From Prevotellaceae bacterium (GTDB lineage Bacteria > Bacteroidota > Bacteroidia > Bacteroidales > Bacteroidaceae): DNA of 37,378 bases. The notes under the pieces are model-generated. The model was not told the DNA's origin and made no database searches. It saw only the letters and a list, made by a program, of their open reading frames with translations. Shown piece after piece: positions 8,292 to 16,939 of this stretch. Every line of letters starts with the position of its first letter. Position 1 is the first letter of the stretch. The translations under genes and the position numbers were made by a program. The stretch lies in contig JAUNQM010000001.1 of assembly GCA_030536165.1 (NCBI GenBank), forward strand, positions 251 to 37,628. Direction: 5' to 3'.

Positions 8292-9128
8292 TTACAACAT
8301 GTTTAATGAGTCCTTTGCAGCCTGCTCTATCTTTATCTTCTCTTTGAACGATGAGTTGTCTATAACTCTCACGTCGCGTAGATGGCTAAAGTCGGTTGAC
8401 AGTTGCACCTTCAGCTTATACGAAAGTCCGTCGGCTGAATTATACGAAGCCACAATCTTGCCCACGGATATACCGCGAGGGAACACTGATGAGTATCCGC
8501 TTGTGGTCACGTAGTCACCTATCTCGAAGTGGGCATGGCGTGGAATGTCGTTGACGTATGCCACATCTGGCTCTCCGCCTTCCCATATCATATAACCGAA
8601 ATATCCTCGGTTGCGAATGACGCAACTGATGTTGGAGTGCGAGTTGAGAACAGAAATAACTACGCTATAATGCTTTGCTACAAGATACACAATGCCTACA
8701 ACACCATTGCCATCGACAACTCCCATGTCTTTCTTTATGCCATCGGCACTTCCCTTGTTGATTGTGATTAGGTTGTTGGCTTCGTTGAGAGTGTTGCTTA
8801 CAACCTTGGCTGGAATATAATTGTATTTTATCTCTTCAATAGTGACCTTCTGCTTTGACTTGGCAAGAGCCTCACGAAGTTGGTCGTTTTCGGCTTGAAG
8901 TTGCAGATTAGTCTCTGTGAGTTTGTCGTTGATTGTGCTTTGCGAGAAAAAGTTGTCGAAGTTAGAGTCCCATTCGAGGAAGACACCAGCAAGCGAATTA
9001 GCCGACGAAAACCACACGCTGCCTTGATAGCCATTATAGCTAACGAGCAGAGCGATGCTGATAATCTCAAGGAAAAAGAATAATATCCAGTGATTGAATC
9101 TTTGTAAGAACTCAATTAAATTGTTCAT
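8292..9128 (-). CDS. mreC: Rod shape-determining protein MreC
   Basis: Transmembrane anchor, coiled coil, ITINKGSADGIKKDMGVV..GVVG and VTTSGYSSVFPRGI motifs. Confidence 0.95.
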   Translation of the reverse strand: MNNLIEFLQRFNHWILFFFLEIISIALLVSYNGYQGSVWFSSANSLAGVFLEWDSNFDNFFSQSTINDKLTETNLQLQAENDQLREALAKSKQKVTIEEIKYNYIPAKVVSNTLNEANNLITINKGSADGIKKDMGVVDGNGVVGIVYLVAKHYSVVISVLNSHSNISCVIRNRGYFGYMIWEGGEPDVAYVNDIPRHAHFEIGDYVTTSGYSSVFPRGISVGKIVASYNSADGLSYKLKVQLSTDFSHLRDVRVIDNSSFKEKIKIEQAAKDSLNML

Positions 9129-9240
9129 TCTATTGCTACCAGTGGTTTCAGTCCAAGGACTTCAGTTATATATACAAAATATAGCCACTATAGAGACTTT
9201 AGCAACTATAGGGGCTATAGTTATAAACTTACAATCATTA

Positions 9241-10263
9241 TTATCTCATCAAGAATTGGAATCTGTCAACATTCTTGAGTGCAATACCGACACCCTTTGC
9301 CACACTGTGAAGTGGGTCTTCGGCAATGTGGAACGGAATCTTTATCTTCTCAGAGAGGCGCTTGTCGAGCCCGCGAAGCAATGCACCACCACCAGTAAGG
9401 TAAATGCCATTCTTGATAATGTCTGCATACAACTCCGGCGGAGTGCTTTCGAGGGCGCTGAGCACAGCAGCTTCAAGCTTTGCTACCGAGCGGTCAATGC
9501 ACTGTGCAATCTCCTGATAGCAGATAGGCACATGTACAGGGAGAGAAGTTATTCTGTTAGGGCCGTTTACGAGATAGTCTTCAGGAGCATTCTCACCGAG
9601 GTCGGTTATGGCTGCTCCAACGTGAATCTTGATTCGCTCAGCCATACGCTCTGACACCTTCACATTGTGCTGTCGGCTCATATATTCGCGGATGTCGTTA
9701 GTGAAATCATCACCAGCAACACGGATAGAGTTGTTCGACACGATACCACCTAATGAGATGACAGCGATTTCCGTCGTACCACCACCTATATCGACCACCA
9801 TGTTTCCTTCTGGTGCCTCAACGTCAACACCGATACCGATGGCTGCTGCCATAGGCTCGAATATCAGATACACGTCGCGGCCGTTTGCATGCTCAGCTGC
9901 ATCGCGCACTGCACGAAGCTCAACTTCAGTACTGCCTGAAGGCACGCCGATTACCATTCTCAGCGATGGAGATACGAACTTGCTGCCTGTGTGTGCCATC
10001 TTTATCAGTCCTCGCATCATCTGCTCGCAGGCAGAGAAGTCGCTGATTACACCATTGTAAAGCGGACGAATGGTGCGGATGTTGTCGTGCGTCTTTTCAT
10101 ACATCATCTTTGCTTTCTCGCCTACGGCAATCATCTTGTCGCTGCGACGGTCAACAGCTACGACACTTGGCTCGTCAACAACAATCTTGTCATTGCTGAT
10201 GATGATGGTGTTGGCTGTACCCAAGTCCATTGCTATTTCCTGTACAAATGAAAAGATACCCAT
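9241..10263 (-). CDS. mreB: Rod shape-determining protein MreB
   Basis: Actin-fold motifs DLGTANT, EPSVVA, EPMAAAIG, VDIGGGTTE and LTGGGALLRGLD. Confidence 0.98.
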   Translation of the reverse strand: MGIFSFVQEIAMDLGTANTIIISNDKIVVDEPSVVAVDRRSDKMIAVGEKAKMMYEKTHDNIRTIRPLYNGVISDFSACEQMMRGLIKMAHTGSKFVSPSLRMVIGVPSGSTEVELRAVRDAAEHANGRDVYLIFEPMAAAIGIGVDVEAPEGNMVVDIGGGTTEIAVISLGGIVSNNSIRVAGDDFTNDIREYMSRQHNVKVSERMAERIKIHVGAAITDLGENAPEDYLVNGPNRITSLPVHVPICYQEIAQCIDRSVAKLEAAVLSALESTPPELYADIIKNGIYLTGGGALLRGLDKRLSEKIKIPFHIAEDPLHSVAKGVGIALKNVDRFQFLMR

Positions 10264-10301
10264 ATTATCTTGTATTATTTATTAATTCACAATTCTTGCT
10301 G

Positions 10302-10333
10302 CAAAATTACTAAATATTAGTAATATTTCCAAA
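10302..10333 (-). promoter_or_regulatory. Bacteroidetes sigma-A promoter for the mre operon
   Basis: Minus strand TTTG (10330-10333), 20-nt spacer, then TAATTTTG (10302-10309). Confidence 0.7.
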
Positions 10334-10401
10334 ACTATATTACTATTTTTTCAATCACAATATTTTTTTCTTGGCGGTTGATGGTTGTCGGTTGTTTATT
10401 A

Positions 10402-10437
10402 GGTTCCCCCTGGCCATCCCACGAAGGGATGGAACCA
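10402..10437. repeat. GC-rich hairpin (REP-like)
   Basis: GGTTCC..CCATCCC-ACGAA-GGGATGG-AACC stem-loop. Confidence 0.45.
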
Positions 10438-10521
10438 AAAACAGCAACCTAACTTGGGGCAACGGAAAAATACAGTGGTGGAATTTGTAAGTTGTAAGTT
10501 TTTTTGAAGACACAATGGTCG

Positions 10522-10634
10522 ATTTTTGCAGCACTAACGTGCTATGCAGTCATCTGCTTATAGCCTTTTGCAAGCAAGCTTGAAAACTCTATAATCAGCC
10601 GCCTGCACCTTGACTGTGTCAAGGCTGCAAAAAT
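10522..10634. other. Highly structured intergenic element (candidate ncRNA or miniature inverted-repeat element)
   Basis: Closing stem ATTTTTGCAGC/GCTGCAAAAAT, side hairpins GCAC-TAAC-GTGC and CTTGAC-TGT-GTCAAG, and a long central bulged stem around CAAGCAAGCTTG. Confidence 0.55.
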
Positions 10635-10677
10635 ATTTTCCGAACAATTGCGAACAATTTTTTTTCTTCCATCTCTT

Positions 10678-10763
10678 TTCGTCATCCTGAACTTGATTCA
10701 GGATCTCCATTGTTGCGTACAGTCCTCTTCGTAACGTAGGAGATTGACTATTGTCAATGACGA
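10678..10763. repeat. GTCATCCTGAACTTGATTCAGGATCT-type REP pair
   Basis: TTCGTCAT-CCTGAA-CTTGA-TTCAGG-ATCTCC ... GGAGAT-TGAC-TATT-GTCA-ATGACGAA; the outer arms are complementary. Lies just downstream of the TolC stop. Confidence 0.7.
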
Positions 10764-10856
10764 AGGTGGGGCGTATGCCGATATGATAATAAATTGTTCT
10801 TTGAAAAAAGTGGATGGCAGGCGTGGTAGTATAACAATTGCAAAGAATTAATTATA

Positions 10857-12197
10857 TTATCGTTGATAGATTTCGAGGATTTTGTTTTTTAAGATATAGT
10901 CATACTTCGAGCGGACGGACTCTTCGAGATTCTGGAGCCAATGTTGCTGACTCTGAACTAAGTCGAAGATTGTGGCACGCCCTGCCTGATAGCTTGATTC
11001 AACGTAGCCAAGACTTTCTTTTGCAAGTCGTGCTGCCTTTTCAGCACTAATCTGCTTGTCACGGGCAGTAAGAGCATCGTAGTAAGCATTCTGTATGTCA
11101 TGGTGTATCTGCTGCTTTGATTCTTCAAGCGATAGCTGCGCATCGACTTTGTTAATCTGGGCAAGACTTACCTTGCGCTTGGTTGCACCTCCGTTGAAGA
11201 GGTTGTATTTAAGGTTGAGGCCTACGATGAGATTGTAACGATTCTTTAGCTGAGTCCACAGACTTGGTGTTGACTGGTTGAACAATATGGAATATTGATT
11301 GCCTGCGGTACCCGTGAGCGATAGGGTCGGCATGAAGTCGCTCTTGGCAAGTTTGATTTGGTTTTCAGCGCTTTCAATACGATATTTTGCCGCTATGACT
11401 GAAGGATATTTCTCAATGCTTCCAGCAAAATCGATAGTTGGAATCTGCACATTGTCATCTGCAATATCGGCTACATCGAAGCCTTCAATATCGTTGAGAT
11501 TGAGCAGTTGTGCGAGCCTGATGAGCGACAGTTTGACATCGTTCTTTGCCTTGAGCAGAGTGTATTCGTCTTCGCTAACAGTCGCCTCTGCCTGAACAAC
11601 ATCGCCCTTAGGCTTCTTGCCTTCATCATAGAAAATCTTTGTCTGCTTCAAGGTTGATGTACTTGCGTCAAGTTTTTCCTGTGCCACCTTTACCTCTGTG
11701 CGGTTGTAGAGCACCTGAAGATAGCCGGCAATCACGTTTATCTCCACTTGTTTCTGGGAATAGCGCAAGTCTTCTGCAACGGCTTTAAGGCTGAACTCGT
11801 CGCTTATCTTCTTGTACTTCAACCTGCCAAAAGTGTAGAGCGGCATGGATGCATCAATCTGTGCGGTGGTGTTTGTGCGGTCGTACGAAAGGAAGTCATA
11901 CCCAGATTGTGCTTTGTTGAGTGTGAGGTCTTGCGATAATTGTGCATCGACAACAGGCTTCCATGCGTTCTTGCTATCCTCAAGGGTATTCTCTGCTACA
12001 CGTTGCTTATTGATGCGCTGCTGAACTTCGATGTTATGGTCTAAGGCATAGTTTATACACTCGTCGAGAGTCCACGCCTTGCTCTGAGCATGCATGGCGA
12101 ATGGCACGATAAGCACTGCTACGATTAACGATAATCTGTATAGCCCCCTCCATCTTCCCCCGTAGGGGAGGGTTAAGTTTGTGCAAATGTATTTCAT
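10857..12197 (-). CDS. TolC family outer membrane efflux protein
   Basis: 446 aa with a signal peptide, WTLDECINYALDHN, two OEP repeats and YQAGRATIFDLVQSQ; last gene of the exporter operon. Confidence 0.92.
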   Translation of the reverse strand: MKYICTNLTLPYGGRWRGLYRLSLIVAVLIVPFAMHAQSKAWTLDECINYALDHNIEVQQRINKQRVAENTLEDSKNAWKPVVDAQLSQDLTLNKAQSGYDFLSYDRTNTTAQIDASMPLYTFGRLKYKKISDEFSLKAVAEDLRYSQKQVEINVIAGYLQVLYNRTEVKVAQEKLDASTSTLKQTKIFYDEGKKPKGDVVQAEATVSEDEYTLLKAKNDVKLSLIRLAQLLNLNDIEGFDVADIADDNVQIPTIDFAGSIEKYPSVIAAKYRIESAENQIKLAKSDFMPTLSLTGTAGNQYSILFNQSTPSLWTQLKNRYNLIVGLNLKYNLFNGGATKRKVSLAQINKVDAQLSLEESKQQIHHDIQNAYYDALTARDKQISAEKAARLAKESLGYVESSYQAGRATIFDLVQSQQHWLQNLEESVRSKYDYILKNKILEIYQR

Positions 12198-12201
12198 ACG
12201 A

Positions 12202-13317
12202 TTAGTCCTCCTTTTTGTTGCCGCGAAGAATGTCGCCTTTCTTTACTTCTGATTTAAGCTCAATATGAATGCCATCGCTGAGACCTATTGTCACAGGAAC
12301 GCGTTCAAATGTCTGAGTGCTTCCGCTATTTTCCTTAAGACGATAAACGTATGTGCTATCGCCACTAAACTCAAGGGCAACTTCCTCGACTGAAAGCACA
12401 TTCTCCGCACAGTCGGTAATAATCTCCGCGTTGGCGCTATATCCTGAACGACTTATGGACTTAACACCGTCAACAGGCTCTACGCTACCCTTAATCTCGT
12501 ACATCACTGTACCGTTGTCAATAGTGCTGCCAGATGCAATCTCCTCAATGAAGCCAGTATAGCGTGCGCCCTTTGATGCTCCGATTGTGATGTTCATCGG
12601 CATTCCTATATAGATGCGTTCCACCTCCGATTCGTCAATCTTTCCAGAGAAACGAAGCTGACTGAGGTCGGCAATAGTAGCGATGGTTGTACCTTGATTG
12701 TAAGAGTTTGTGGCTACAACCGAAGCACCCTCCTTGAGAGGAAGGCTCACAATAGTTCCATTCATCGACGCCTTGACAATAGTGGTGTTGACATTACCGG
12801 CACGTGAGCTGCTACCAGTCAGGACAACATCTAGTGCACTTTTTGCCTTGATATGCTTCTCCTTGTCGATGGCGAGCGTGCTCATAGCCTTCTCATATTC
12901 CTCGCGACCTACAACCCCCTTGTCGTAAAGCACGCTTACACGATTAGCCTCACGTTGCGACTCCTCGACTTCAAGTCGTGTAGATTCCACGTTACTCTTT
13001 GCCTCGCTTAGGCTGAGCATGTCAGGAATAATCTCTATGATAGCGATAGTCTGCCCTGCCGTAACGGTCTGTCCGATGGTGACGCAGATCTGTTTGATAG
13101 TACCTGTTGCACGAGGTTTGACTTCAATCTGCTTGCGCGACTCGATAGAACCCGTGGCAACACAAACGCGCTTGATAGTACGCTTTGCAGGGGTAAGCAG
13201 TTCATAGACTTCTGGCTTTGGTTGAGATTGTGCCCAAAGGAAATAAAAAGTGTAGGCAACGAAGCACAATACCAATGCCCACAATACTTTCTTGTAGATG
13301 TTTTTTGAGATTTTCAT
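12202..13317 (-). CDS. Efflux periplasmic adaptor subunit (MacA/HlyD-like membrane fusion protein)
   Basis: N-terminal transmembrane segment, ATGSIE..IEVKPRATGTIKQI, coiled hairpin, VKASMNGTI, IADLSQL and VTIGLSDG. Confidence 0.92.
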   Translation of the reverse strand: MKISKNIYKKVLWALVLCFVAYTFYFLWAQSQPKPEVYELLTPAKRTIKRVCVATGSIESRKQIEVKPRATGTIKQICVTIGQTVTAGQTIAIIEIIPDMLSLSEAKSNVESTRLEVEESQREANRVSVLYDKGVVGREEYEKAMSTLAIDKEKHIKAKSALDVVLTGSSSRAGNVNTTIVKASMNGTIVSLPLKEGASVVATNSYNQGTTIATIADLSQLRFSGKIDESEVERIYIGMPMNITIGASKGARYTGFIEEIASGSTIDNGTVMYEIKGSVEPVDGVKSISRSGYSANAEIITDCAENVLSVEEVALEFSGDSTYVYRLKENSGSTQTFERVPVTIGLSDGIHIELKSEVKKGDILRGNKKED

Positions 13318-13378
13318 TGTTCTTTATGTTTTTTTTTCGATATTTCGAGGTTTCGATGTTTCGGAGGGGTAAATGATT

Positions 13379-14647
13379 TTATTCTTCACGCAAAGCTTCA
13401 ATCGCTTTCACCTTCAAGGCTCGTTGGGTTGGGAAGTAACCGGCAAGCAATCCTCCTGCAATAAGAATCACTAACGCCGCAAGCGTAGGCACGATGCTTA
13501 TCATCGGATGCTTGATGAGCGTCATCGACGACCCATCGCTACCTGACATCAGTGAATCTAATCCATATAGGCACCACACTCCAGCCACTATACCTGCTAT
13601 GCCGGCAGTAAGAGTGAGCGTAAGGCTTTCCATCATTATCTGCTGAATAATCTTCGATGGCTGTGCACCAAGAGCACGGCGGACGCCAATCTCCTGTGTG
13701 CGTTCCTTGATGGTTACAATCATTATGTTAGCAATGCCTATAAGTCCTGCGGCAAGGGTGCCGATACCTATTATCCATATCAGTATGTTGATGCCAAGCT
13801 GTATGCCAAGAAAACCAGCAAGTGCCGACTTTAGGCTAAAGACATACACTGCATTTTCATCATCAGGAGCGATATGGTGTTCTTCCTTCATGGCAGACAC
13901 TATGCGTTCCTCGTCATCCTCGATAGGGTATTGTGGCAGGTTGGTAAGCGACATGAAGTCGAACTCATTATGCCGGTTCATCACGTCCTGCTCGGTGGTG
14001 ATTGGCAGTACAACCGATTCCGTAGGGTCACCGCCCAACTGGATATTGTCGTTTGTGCGCTTTATCACTCCTACAACAGTATGCATCACTCCTGCAACGG
14101 AAACGTGCTGGCCGAGAGGAGTATCGTCAGCAAACAACACTTTTGCCACATTCGTTCCTAAAAGACAGACTTTGCGATGCTGCTCCACATCAATCTGGTT
14201 GATATATCGCCCTGCCACGATGCGTTGCGGCACCACCTTAATATAATTAGGCGTAATGCCAAGCACCGAGTATGAACTTGATGTTATGTCATGCTTCACC
14301 TCAATATCATTGTCAGCATTTACCTGCATGATGTTATCCAGACGGTCAGCAAGTTTTGCCTTGAGCAGACCGATGTCACTGTTCTTGAATTTCCATGTCC
14401 GATCACGGTCGTAGCCTTGATACGGCATCGTGGTATTCTCTGGGAATAGGAAGAACGTGTTTGAGTCAAGACTTGTCAACTGTCCTATGATTCCGTTGCC
14501 AAAGCCAAAACCGCACCCAACGAGGAGTATGAGCATGAATATGCCCCAGAACACCCCGAACATCGTCATCAGACTTCGCATCTTCTGCTGACTGACGGTT
14601 ACGACAACTTCGTGCCACAGGTCGCTATCGAATATTTTTATGTTCAT
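13379..14647 (-). CDS. ABC transporter permease (MacB/FtsX family)
   Basis: RSLMTMFGVFWGIFML, GRYINQIDVE and GIANIMIVTIKERTQEIGVRRALGA. Start placed at ATG 14647 (MNIKIF) because the longer ORF start overlaps the upstream gene and runs through a 9-mer repeat. Confidence 0.92.
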   Translation of the reverse strand: MNIKIFDSDLWHEVVVTVSQQKMRSLMTMFGVFWGIFMLILLVGCGFGFGNGIIGQLTSLDSNTFFLFPENTTMPYQGYDRDRTWKFKNSDIGLLKAKLADRLDNIMQVNADNDIEVKHDITSSSYSVLGITPNYIKVVPQRIVAGRYINQIDVEQHRKVCLLGTNVAKVLFADDTPLGQHVSVAGVMHTVVGVIKRTNDNIQLGGDPTESVVLPITTEQDVMNRHNEFDFMSLTNLPQYPIEDDEERIVSAMKEEHHIAPDDENAVYVFSLKSALAGFLGIQLGINILIWIIGIGTLAAGLIGIANIMIVTIKERTQEIGVRRALGAQPSKIIQQIMMESLTLTLTAGIAGIVAGVWCLYGLDSLMSGSDGSSMTLIKHPMISIVPTLAALVILIAGGLLAGYFPTQRALKVKAIEALREE

Positions 14648-14714
14648 TGTATATTTTTTCAAAGTTCTAGATATTCTAGAGTTTCTATGGTTTCTAGTAG
14701 TTCTAGCCTCAATA

Positions 14715-15959
14715 TCATGAAATTCCAGCAAGGGCATCAACCAGTTTTACCGTCGTAGCTTTTTTTGCTGGTATATAGCCCGCAATCAGTCCGCAGACAA
14801 CCATTATCGCATTGGCAATCAATACCACCGATAGGTTGACCGTAGGATTGCAGAATATAGTGTTGTTCACTCCGAGTACTGAATCGGTTACGCCTTTAAG
14901 CAACTGCGTCAGCCCTACGCCTATCAGCATCCCGATATACCCGAATATTACGGTTATGACAACTGACTCGAACAAGACCAGACGTATTATCTCGCCCGAC
15001 GATGCCCCCATCGCCTTCCTCACTCCAAGCTCCTTGATGCGTTCCTTAACCGAAATCAGCATTATATTGCTTATACCTACAACGCCGATGCACAGGGTTG
15101 CCAGACCGATAATCCAGATAAAAATCCGCAGAGCATTCATCACATTGCGTATCTGGAGGAAAAACTCGAAGGAACTGTTTACCTTTACAGCCTTTTCATC
15201 CTTAGGCGAAAAGCCCTTGCTCTCAGCAAAAAACAACCGTATCGACTGCATAAACTTCTCGTTTGCCTCCTCCGTGTCGAGGTTGTCGGCAACGATACTA
15301 ATCGATGCCAGTTTGTCGTTGCGGAAGAAAAGATTCTTCACAGTGGTAATCGGAGCATACAGTGATTTCTCCTCGTCGTTGCCGCTATACGACTTCGCCA
15401 CACCGACTATCAGGAAGCTGTTGTTATATACCTTTATGCGCTGCCCTACGGCATCTGCGTCATGGAACAGACGTTTAGCCAGCGGAGCCGTGACCACACA
15501 CACCTTCCTGCCTTCGTTAATGTCGAGCTGGCTAATGTCGCGTCCATCCGAAACGTAACGGCTCCTCAAGCCTAAGTAGTCGGTCTCGTAGCCGAAGATA
15601 GGCACGTTTATGTGGTCGTTGCCACAGTTCACCTGCACCGTCGTGTCCATCTCTGGCATCGTCTTTCTTATCACGTCGGGGAATCGGCGTTGCAGCTCCT
15701 TGCAGTCAGAGAAGTAGAAGTCAACCTTCGACCCCACCTGTCTGCCACCAGCAGCATACATGGTCTTGCCTGGCGCGACGGTGATAATGTTATTGTCCGT
15801 GCCTATGAAACCATTCTCTATGCCATTGATGATGCCATTGCCCGAACCTAACATGACAATAAGCAGAAAGATTCCCCAACCCACCGAGAAACCAGTGAGG
15901 AGGATTCGCGTCTTATTATGACCCATCGACGACAATACTTCTGAAAGCATCTCTATCAT
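14715..15959 (-). CDS. ABC transporter permease (MacB/FtsX family)
   Basis: NKTRILLTGFSVGWGIFLL and GISNIMLISVKERIKELGVRKAMGA. Confidence 0.93.
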   Translation of the reverse strand: MIEMLSEVLSSMGHNKTRILLTGFSVGWGIFLLIVMLGSGNGIINGIENGFIGTDNNIITVAPGKTMYAAGGRQVGSKVDFYFSDCKELQRRFPDVIRKTMPEMDTTVQVNCGNDHINVPIFGYETDYLGLRSRYVSDGRDISQLDINEGRKVCVVTAPLAKRLFHDADAVGQRIKVYNNSFLIVGVAKSYSGNDEEKSLYAPITTVKNLFFRNDKLASISIVADNLDTEEANEKFMQSIRLFFAESKGFSPKDEKAVKVNSSFEFFLQIRNVMNALRIFIWIIGLATLCIGVVGISNIMLISVKERIKELGVRKAMGASSGEIIRLVLFESVVITVIFGYIGMLIGVGLTQLLKGVTDSVLGVNNTIFCNPTVNLSVVLIANAIMVVCGLIAGYIPAKKATTVKLVDALAGIS

Positions 15960-16076
15960 AGGCTGTTATCTTTTTTTTACGGTTTTGGGCTTTTGGTTTT
16001 AGGTTAAACCTACAACCTACAACCATCAACCTTTTTACGGTTTTTACTATTATCAAATTCTGTTGTCCATTATCTT

Positions 16077-16152
16077 AGCCTTCCACACCTTAGGTGTTTA
16101 GGCTGTCACACCTTAGGTGTTACAAGCTTCACACCTCAGGTGTGAAGGGCTG
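16077..16152 (-). repeat. Palindrome-array cassette copy 2 (3 x ACACCTNAGGTGT), inverted relative to copies 1 and 3
   Basis: Units at 16085, 16108 and 16131 with 10-nt spacers, flanked by AGCCTTCC...GAAGGGCTG. Confidence 0.9.
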
Positions 16153-16261
16153 ATTCTATTGATAGAGCCTAATTTCCATTCGGAAATATGGTTTTCTAAT
16201 CTCGTAATCATTTGATTTATACTAAATTCACATTGGTGTAAACAATGTCAACCTTAACGAA

Positions 16262-16939
16262 TCATTTCGCTCTTTCGTCTTTGAAGATTACGCCATCCTT
16301 GAAGAAAATACGACGGTCGGTCTGGTCGGCAATCTCTTGTTCGTGGGTGACGATGATGACCGTCTGACCGTTGTCACGATTCACGGCTCGCAGCATATCC
16401 ATCACCTCCTGAGTGGTCTTCGAGTCAAGAGCACCCGTAGGCTCATCGGCAAGGAGAATCTTTGGTTTCGTAATCAGCGCCCGTGCAATAGCCACACGTT
16501 GCCGCTGACCACCCGACATCTGCATCGGCAGATGGTTCCAATGCCCAGCGAGCCCTACCTTGTCAAGATATTCCAATGCCATCTCGTTGCGCTCCTTCCT
16601 GCCCACGCCCCTATAGTAGAGAGGCAGAGCAACGTTCTCCATCGCATTCTTGAAGTTGATGAGGTTAAACGACTGGAAGATGAATCCAATGAGCTCGTTA
16701 CGGTAACGACATTCCTGCGACTCGGTGAGATTCTTTATCAGATTCCCCGCCAGACGGTATTCCCCCTCATCGTAATTGTCGAGGATGCCCATGATGTTGA
16801 GCATTGTTGACTTTCCAGAACCCGACGGTCCCATGATGCTGACCAGTTCGCCTTCATCAATGTGGAGGTTCACACCCTTGAGCACATGCAGCGGCTGGGC
16901 TCCTGGATAAGTCTTATGTATTCCCTTGAGGTCTATCAT
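16262..16939 (-). CDS. ABC transporter ATP-binding protein (MacB/LolD-like)
   Basis: Walker A GPSGSGKS, signature MSGGQRQR, Walker B ILLADEPT and H-loop VTH. Its start overlaps the NRPS stop (ATGA at 16936-16939). Confidence 0.95.
   Translation of the reverse strand: MIDLKGIHKTYPGAQPLHVLKGVNLHIDEGELVSIMGPSGSGKSTMLNIMGILDNYDEGEYRLAGNLIKNLTESQECRYRNELIGFIFQSFNLINFKNAMENVALPLYYRGVGRKERNEMALEYLDKVGLAGHWNHLPMQMSGGQRQRVAIARALITKPKILLADEPTGALDSKTTQEVMDMLRAVNRDNGQTVIIVTHEQEIADQTDRRIFFKDGVIFKDERAK

Noticed and set aside
14648-14740. Longer start for permease 2 (MMPLLEF...)
   Set aside because: It overlaps the upstream permease and translates a 9-mer repeat; MNIKIF at 14647 fits the family length better.
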